Virus record (IMG/VR): IMGVR_UViG_3300046779_000717
Coordinates: 4,197 to 68,196 of that record
Length of the DNA stretch: 64,000 nucleotides
Origin: a virus
Lineage: Duplodnaviria > Caudoviricetes
Reading direction: 5' to 3' (one strand)
Shown: piece after piece, positions 61,258 through 64,000 of the stretch
Numbering within the stretch: position 1 is the first letter of the stretch
How the letters are laid out: every line of letters begins with the position of its first letter
Translations under genes and position numbers: made by a program
Notes under the pieces: model-generated
Seen by the model: only the letters and a program-made list of their open reading frames with translations
What the model was told of the DNA's origin: nothing
Databases searched by the model: none

Positions 61258-61304
61258 GCACGGGATATGAACGGATATATGGGGTTCAAATCCCCACCCG
61301 TGCG
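61258..61304 (+). ncRNA. tRNA-like minihelix 2
   Basis: GCACGGG/CCCGTGC, TGGGG-TTCAAAT-CCCCA, 15-nt linker ATATGAACGGATATA. Confidence 0.8.
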
Positions 61305-61308
61305 CAAA

Positions 61309-61382
61309 GGTCAGCCAGCACTGACCCTCAACGATAGGTTGAAAAGTCATGATATTGAAAACGGGTGACTGCTGGGTCACCC
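61309..61382 (+). ncRNA. Kissing-loop RNA
   Basis: GGTCAG-CCAGCA-CTGACC and GGGTGAC-TGCTGG-GTCACCC; the two loops are exact complements. Confidence 0.7.
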
Positions 61383-61387
61383 TATAT

Positions 61388-61509
61388 AGCAGAGTGGCGA
61401 CATGGTTGTCGCATGAGAGATGATGGACTAATTGCCATCCCTGTTGCATAGCAGAAAGTAGCTTAAATAAAGCGCTCATTTGCAGGTTCGAGTCCTGCCT
61501 CTGCTACCA
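61388..61509 (+). ncRNA. tRNA-like element with branched 57-nt insert replacing the anticodon loop, CCA encoded
   Basis: AGCAGAG/CTCTGCT+ACCA, D arm GCGAC-ATGGTT-GTCGC, ATGAG/CTCAT stem, T arm GCAGG-TTCGAGT-CCTGC. Confidence 0.8.
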
Positions 61510-61511
61510 CT

Positions 61512-61880
61512 ATGAGATTGACAAATGGTAAGTTCTACGATGGGGACAAGGAAGTCCCTCTAGAGTTCGGAAATCGGGAGCAGATTGAACTGCTCAAGAC
61601 GGCTATCGCCGAGGCCGAGAAAGGCCACAAAGTTAATGTCAACACAAACGAGAAGGTAACTTATAAGTTATCAATGGATTGGAAGTGTTGCAAATGTTTC
61701 AAGTTAAACGTGGATGACGATTGGAATGAGTACGAAGACTGGGAGCCAGACTTTGACGACATCCAGTGCTTCATTGAAGACAACATAGAATGCTCACATT
61801 GTGGGCAGGAACACAAACTAGTAGTAGACAAGACAAATAGATTTAGCCCACAATATTATGTTCAAGCAGAAACTGACTAA
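61512..61880 (+). CDS. Zinc-ribbon-containing protein
   Basis: CCKC...CSHC. Confidence 0.7.
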   Translation: MRLTNGKFYDGDKEVPLEFGNREQIELLKTAIAEAEKGHKVNVNTNEKVTYKLSMDWKCCKCFKLNVDDDWNEYEDWEPDFDDIQCFIEDNIECSHCGQEHKLVVDKTNRFSPQYYVQAETD

Positions 61881-62091
61881 CGAATTCCCCTCCATCGTGA
61901 TAGTGGAGGATGCCTGCACAAAGGGTTACGGAGATTGCTTTTGTGTAGAGTCGACTGGCCGTGACAAAAACGGATTTCCCATCATTAGTAGGAGCGTTGG
62001 AAACTCTGAGAGTTTCGATAGTTTCCTATTTAACAACGACTACTTCTGCGAGTTTATAGAAGAGAACAGAGTAATGATTTGTAAAGAATGA
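61858..62091 (+). CDS. Hypothetical protein
   Basis: 77 aa, overlapping operon. Confidence 0.55.
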   Translation: MFKQKLTNEFPSIVIVEDACTKGYGDCFCVESTGRDKNGFPIISRSVGNSESFDSFLFNNDYFCEFIEENRVMICKE

Positions 62092-62270
62092 TATACTATG
62101 CAAGACATTCTTGGGAGGCCAAAGACATACTTCTCAAGGCCAACGGATGCCAATCGGAGACACTTACGCTTGACGTAAAAGAGGACGGCTACACATTGTG
62201 TGACCCAGTTAATGACGAAAATATTGTAATAATTTGCGACAATGAATACCCGACTATTAAAGAAGATTAA
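62088..62270 (+). CDS. Hypothetical protein
   Basis: 60 aa, ATGA-coupled. Confidence 0.6.
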   Translation: MIYYARHSWEAKDILLKANGCQSETLTLDVKEDGYTLCDPVNDENIVIICDNEYPTIKED

Positions 62271-62454
62271 AAAAAGATATGTATACTTTTGGCACAAAAA
62301 CCAACTACATTCTTACGACAAGAAGAAGCAAGAGGTTGTGCATAAGAACATGTCGACCCAGTACTGGATGATACGCAATGCGTGTGGCCCATTCACAGCA
62401 GAGAAATTTCTAAAGAGAGTATATGAACAAGCAACTAAAAGACCTGTGCATTAA
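62242..62454 (+). CDS. Hypothetical basic protein
   Basis: MNTRLLKKIKKRY N-terminus. Confidence 0.6.
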   Translation: MNTRLLKKIKKRYVYFWHKNQLHSYDKKKQEVVHKNMSTQYWMIRNACGPFTAEKFLKRVYEQATKRPVH

Positions 62455-62626
62455 TTTGGTGCATCGGTATCAAACGGGAGACATTGAATTGTTTGAGGAA
62501 GCAGTTCAGATGTTACAAGAGGCGGTCGAGGACTACATGGACTCACACCCAAGGCTAAAGCAAGACACCACAGAGTGGGACTTTGAGCAACTATTTTTAA
62601 ACATATTAAGAGATGAACAAGACTAA
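62423..62626 (+). CDS. Hypothetical protein
   Basis: 67 aa, helical. Confidence 0.6.
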   Translation: MNKQLKDLCINLVHRYQTGDIELFEEAVQMLQEAVEDYMDSHPRLKQDTTEWDFEQLFLNILRDEQD

Positions 62627-62783
62627 AGCATTATTGATGACAGCCATCACGTTATTGCTGGCCATCGCATTTGTTGTGCTGTGTATTTACAGCCCGTTAT
62701 TTTTCATGTGGTTCGTGCTTGTATTGAGCGCAACTATTTTCACTTACTCAGCATTCAAGGTATGGTATACACGTGGGTCTTAA
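62613..62783 (+). CDS. Small two-TM membrane protein (56 aa, not in ORF track)
   Basis: MNKTKALLMTAITLLLAIAFVVLCIYSPLFFMWFVLVLSATIFTYSAFKVWYTRGS. Confidence 0.65.
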   Translation: MNKTKALLMTAITLLLAIAFVVLCIYSPLFFMWFVLVLSATIFTYSAFKVWYTRGS

Positions 62784-62968
62784 CTGAGGACGGGCAGATC
62801 GTTTGTGGGTTCACACAGAAGCCAACAGAGGACGAGATGCTTGACACAATAAACGCCGTCACTGGATACGAGGGCAAGTTCTTGGACAGACTGACGGAGA
62901 GTACGTATGTCTGGGCATACGACGACATGACAACAGAGGTATCACTATTTCAAACAGAACTAATATGA
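62762..62968 (+). CDS. Hypothetical protein
   Basis: MVYTWVLTEDGQIVCG...; start moved to 62762. Confidence 0.6.
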   Translation: MVYTWVLTEDGQIVCGFTQKPTEDEMLDTINAVTGYEGKFLDRLTESTYVWAYDDMTTEVSLFQTELI

Positions 62969-63012
62969 CAAACAATAAACAAAAAACGGCAGTAGAAAAA
63001 ATAAAATTATGA
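62965..63012 (+). pseudogene. 15-codon remnant of the MTNNKQ-TAVE family
   Basis: MTNNKQKTAVEKIKL-stop, ATGA-coupled to 63009. Confidence 0.55.
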
Positions 63013-63191
63013 TAGATTTAGATAAAGCAAAATTCATCGGAGAAGGTGAATGGGTTAAAGATTCCGCATACCAAGTGTATGAATTGGATGGTAAGTATTA
63101 TTCCGTTATAGTAATTGGACATAGTAATAAAGAAATTATGAATGATTCTATAACTGAAATAAAATTTGAAGACATAAATTTTTATATTTAA
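63009..63191 (+). CDS. Hypothetical protein
   Basis: 60 aa, AT-rich. Confidence 0.6.
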   Translation: MIDLDKAKFIGEGEWVKDSAYQVYELDGKYYSVIVIGHSNKEIMNDSITEIKFEDINFYI

Positions 63192-63196
63192 AAGCA

Positions 63197-63478
63197 ATGA
63201 CAAACAATAAACAACAAACGGCAGTGGAGTGGTATCGTATAAAAATAAGCAGTTTGACTAGTGATTTATTTAAGGAAAAAATCAGTGGCGAACAATTTCG
63301 CAATCTAGAAAAAGAGGCATACGAACAAGCCAAAGAAATGGAGAAGGAAATAATAATTGATGCAATAATTACTTGTGAAAAAGAACACTATGTACATAGT
63401 AAAGTTTATCCACCACAATTTGTAATTAATAAAGCAGAACAATATTATAATAATAAATACGAAAATGAAAAACAATAA
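63197..63478 (+). CDS. MTNNKQQTAVEW family protein
   Basis: QTAVEWY...EQAKEMEKEIIIDA...AEQYYN. Confidence 0.75.
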   Translation: MTNNKQQTAVEWYRIKISSLTSDLFKEKISGEQFRNLEKEAYEQAKEMEKEIIIDAIITCEKEHYVHSKVYPPQFVINKAEQYYNNKYENEKQ

Positions 63479-63656
63479 AAAACAAACTAATAGATTTTTA
63501 ACATTTTTTCTGTCATTAATATTGATTTACTTAATGGCATCTGCTTCAATGTGGGATTTTAATCCATCTCACTGGAACAAAGCATTTACAAGTATGTTGG
63601 CAATATTTTCGTGTTGCATAATTATGCTTATTGTTCAATTTAAAAAATTAAATTAA
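63465..63656 (+). CDS. Small membrane protein
   Basis: Two hydrophobic segments flanking WDFNPSHW. Confidence 0.65.
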   Translation: MKNNKKQTNRFLTFFLSLILIYLMASASMWDFNPSHWNKAFTSMLAIFSCCIIMLIVQFKKLN

Positions 63657-63658
63657 TC

Positions 63659-63886
63659 ATGACAAACAATGAACAACAAACCGCGGTTGAGTGGTTGATT
63701 GGACAATTACACCGTAAATACGGCGGTACTGATTTTTTTTGGACTAATATGGATGAAATTGAACAAGCAAAAGAAATGGAAAAGCAACAAATCATTGATG
63801 CTTATCATACAAATCCTTTGGAAGCAAAGTGGAAAAATATAGGCGTTAACTACTACAACGAAACCTACGGAGGAGGTGAGCAATGA
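63659..63886 (+). CDS. MTNNKQQTAVEW family protein
   Basis: QTAVEWL...EQAKEMEKQQIIDAY...YYNETY. Confidence 0.75.
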   Translation: MTNNEQQTAVEWLIGQLHRKYGGTDFFWTNMDEIEQAKEMEKQQIIDAYHTNPLEAKWKNIGVNYYNETYGGGEQ

Positions 63887-64000
63887 CAAACAATAAACAA
63901 CAAACGGCAGTGGAGTGGTTGGTTGAGCAATTTAAAGAATATGATTTTGCTGATGTAAAAGACACAGAAAATTACATTATTAAAATGCAATCTTTTGTAT
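63883..64000 (+). CDS. MTNNKQQTAVEW family protein, truncated by the window end
   Basis: ATGACAAACAATAAACAACAAACGGCAGTGGAGTGGTTG, open to 64000. Confidence 0.7.
   Translation, partial: MTNNKQQTAVEWLVEQFKEYDFADVKDTENYIIKMQSFV

Noticed and set aside
61081-61479. 132-aa minus-strand ORF
   Set aside because: Antisense to the early region, overlaps the structured RNA elements, with non-protein-like composition.
59528-61509. tRNA mimics as tmRNA (one- or two-piece)
   Set aside because: No G3-U70 alanine identity pair, no GGGGxxG...GATTCGAC 5' signature and no tag reading frame with pseudoknots.
1-64000. Stop-codon reassignment
   Set aside because: Genes are full length under code 11, TAG/TGA/TAA all act as coupled stops, and no suppressor tRNA is present.

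Overview
This window is most of a lytic dsDNA tailed-phage genome of podovirus-like build. The host is almost certainly a Bacteroidota bacterium, because TAnnTTTG (-7) promoters recur throughout and ATGs have A-rich, SD-less contexts. Layout: (1) + strand replication/nucleotide module, 18-11102 (SSB-like, thyX, primase-helicase, SF2 helicase, VRR-NUC, MazG-like, class II RNR, an ncRNA cluster, metallophosphoesterase). (2) - strand late/virion module, 11094-57486 (three ejection-type proteins including a 2767-aa polyvalent protein, tail, capsid, scaffold, portal, terminase, a 2340-aa repeat tail fibre with S74 chaperone, head-spike base homolog, GroEL plus two GroES-like genes, putative endolysin, many tiny basic proteins). 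(3) + strand early region from 57901. The most unusual signal is non-coding. There is a textbook type I hammerhead ribozyme between the first two early genes. There are five tRNA-shaped elements with intact acceptor and T arms, none with a canonical anticodon arm (two minihelices, two with the anticodon loop replaced by large inserts, one with a hairpin inserted in the D loop). Kissing-loop and pseudoknot RNAs sit between them. Also notable: two homologous iteron/IHF-type origin-like elements 56 kb apart, and 13 promoters whose -7 box lies exactly 4 or 7 nt from the start codon. No DNA polymerase, RNA polymerase, integrase, CRISPR array or RT is visible in the window. All assignments come from motif recognition and manual base-pairing; no database searches were run.
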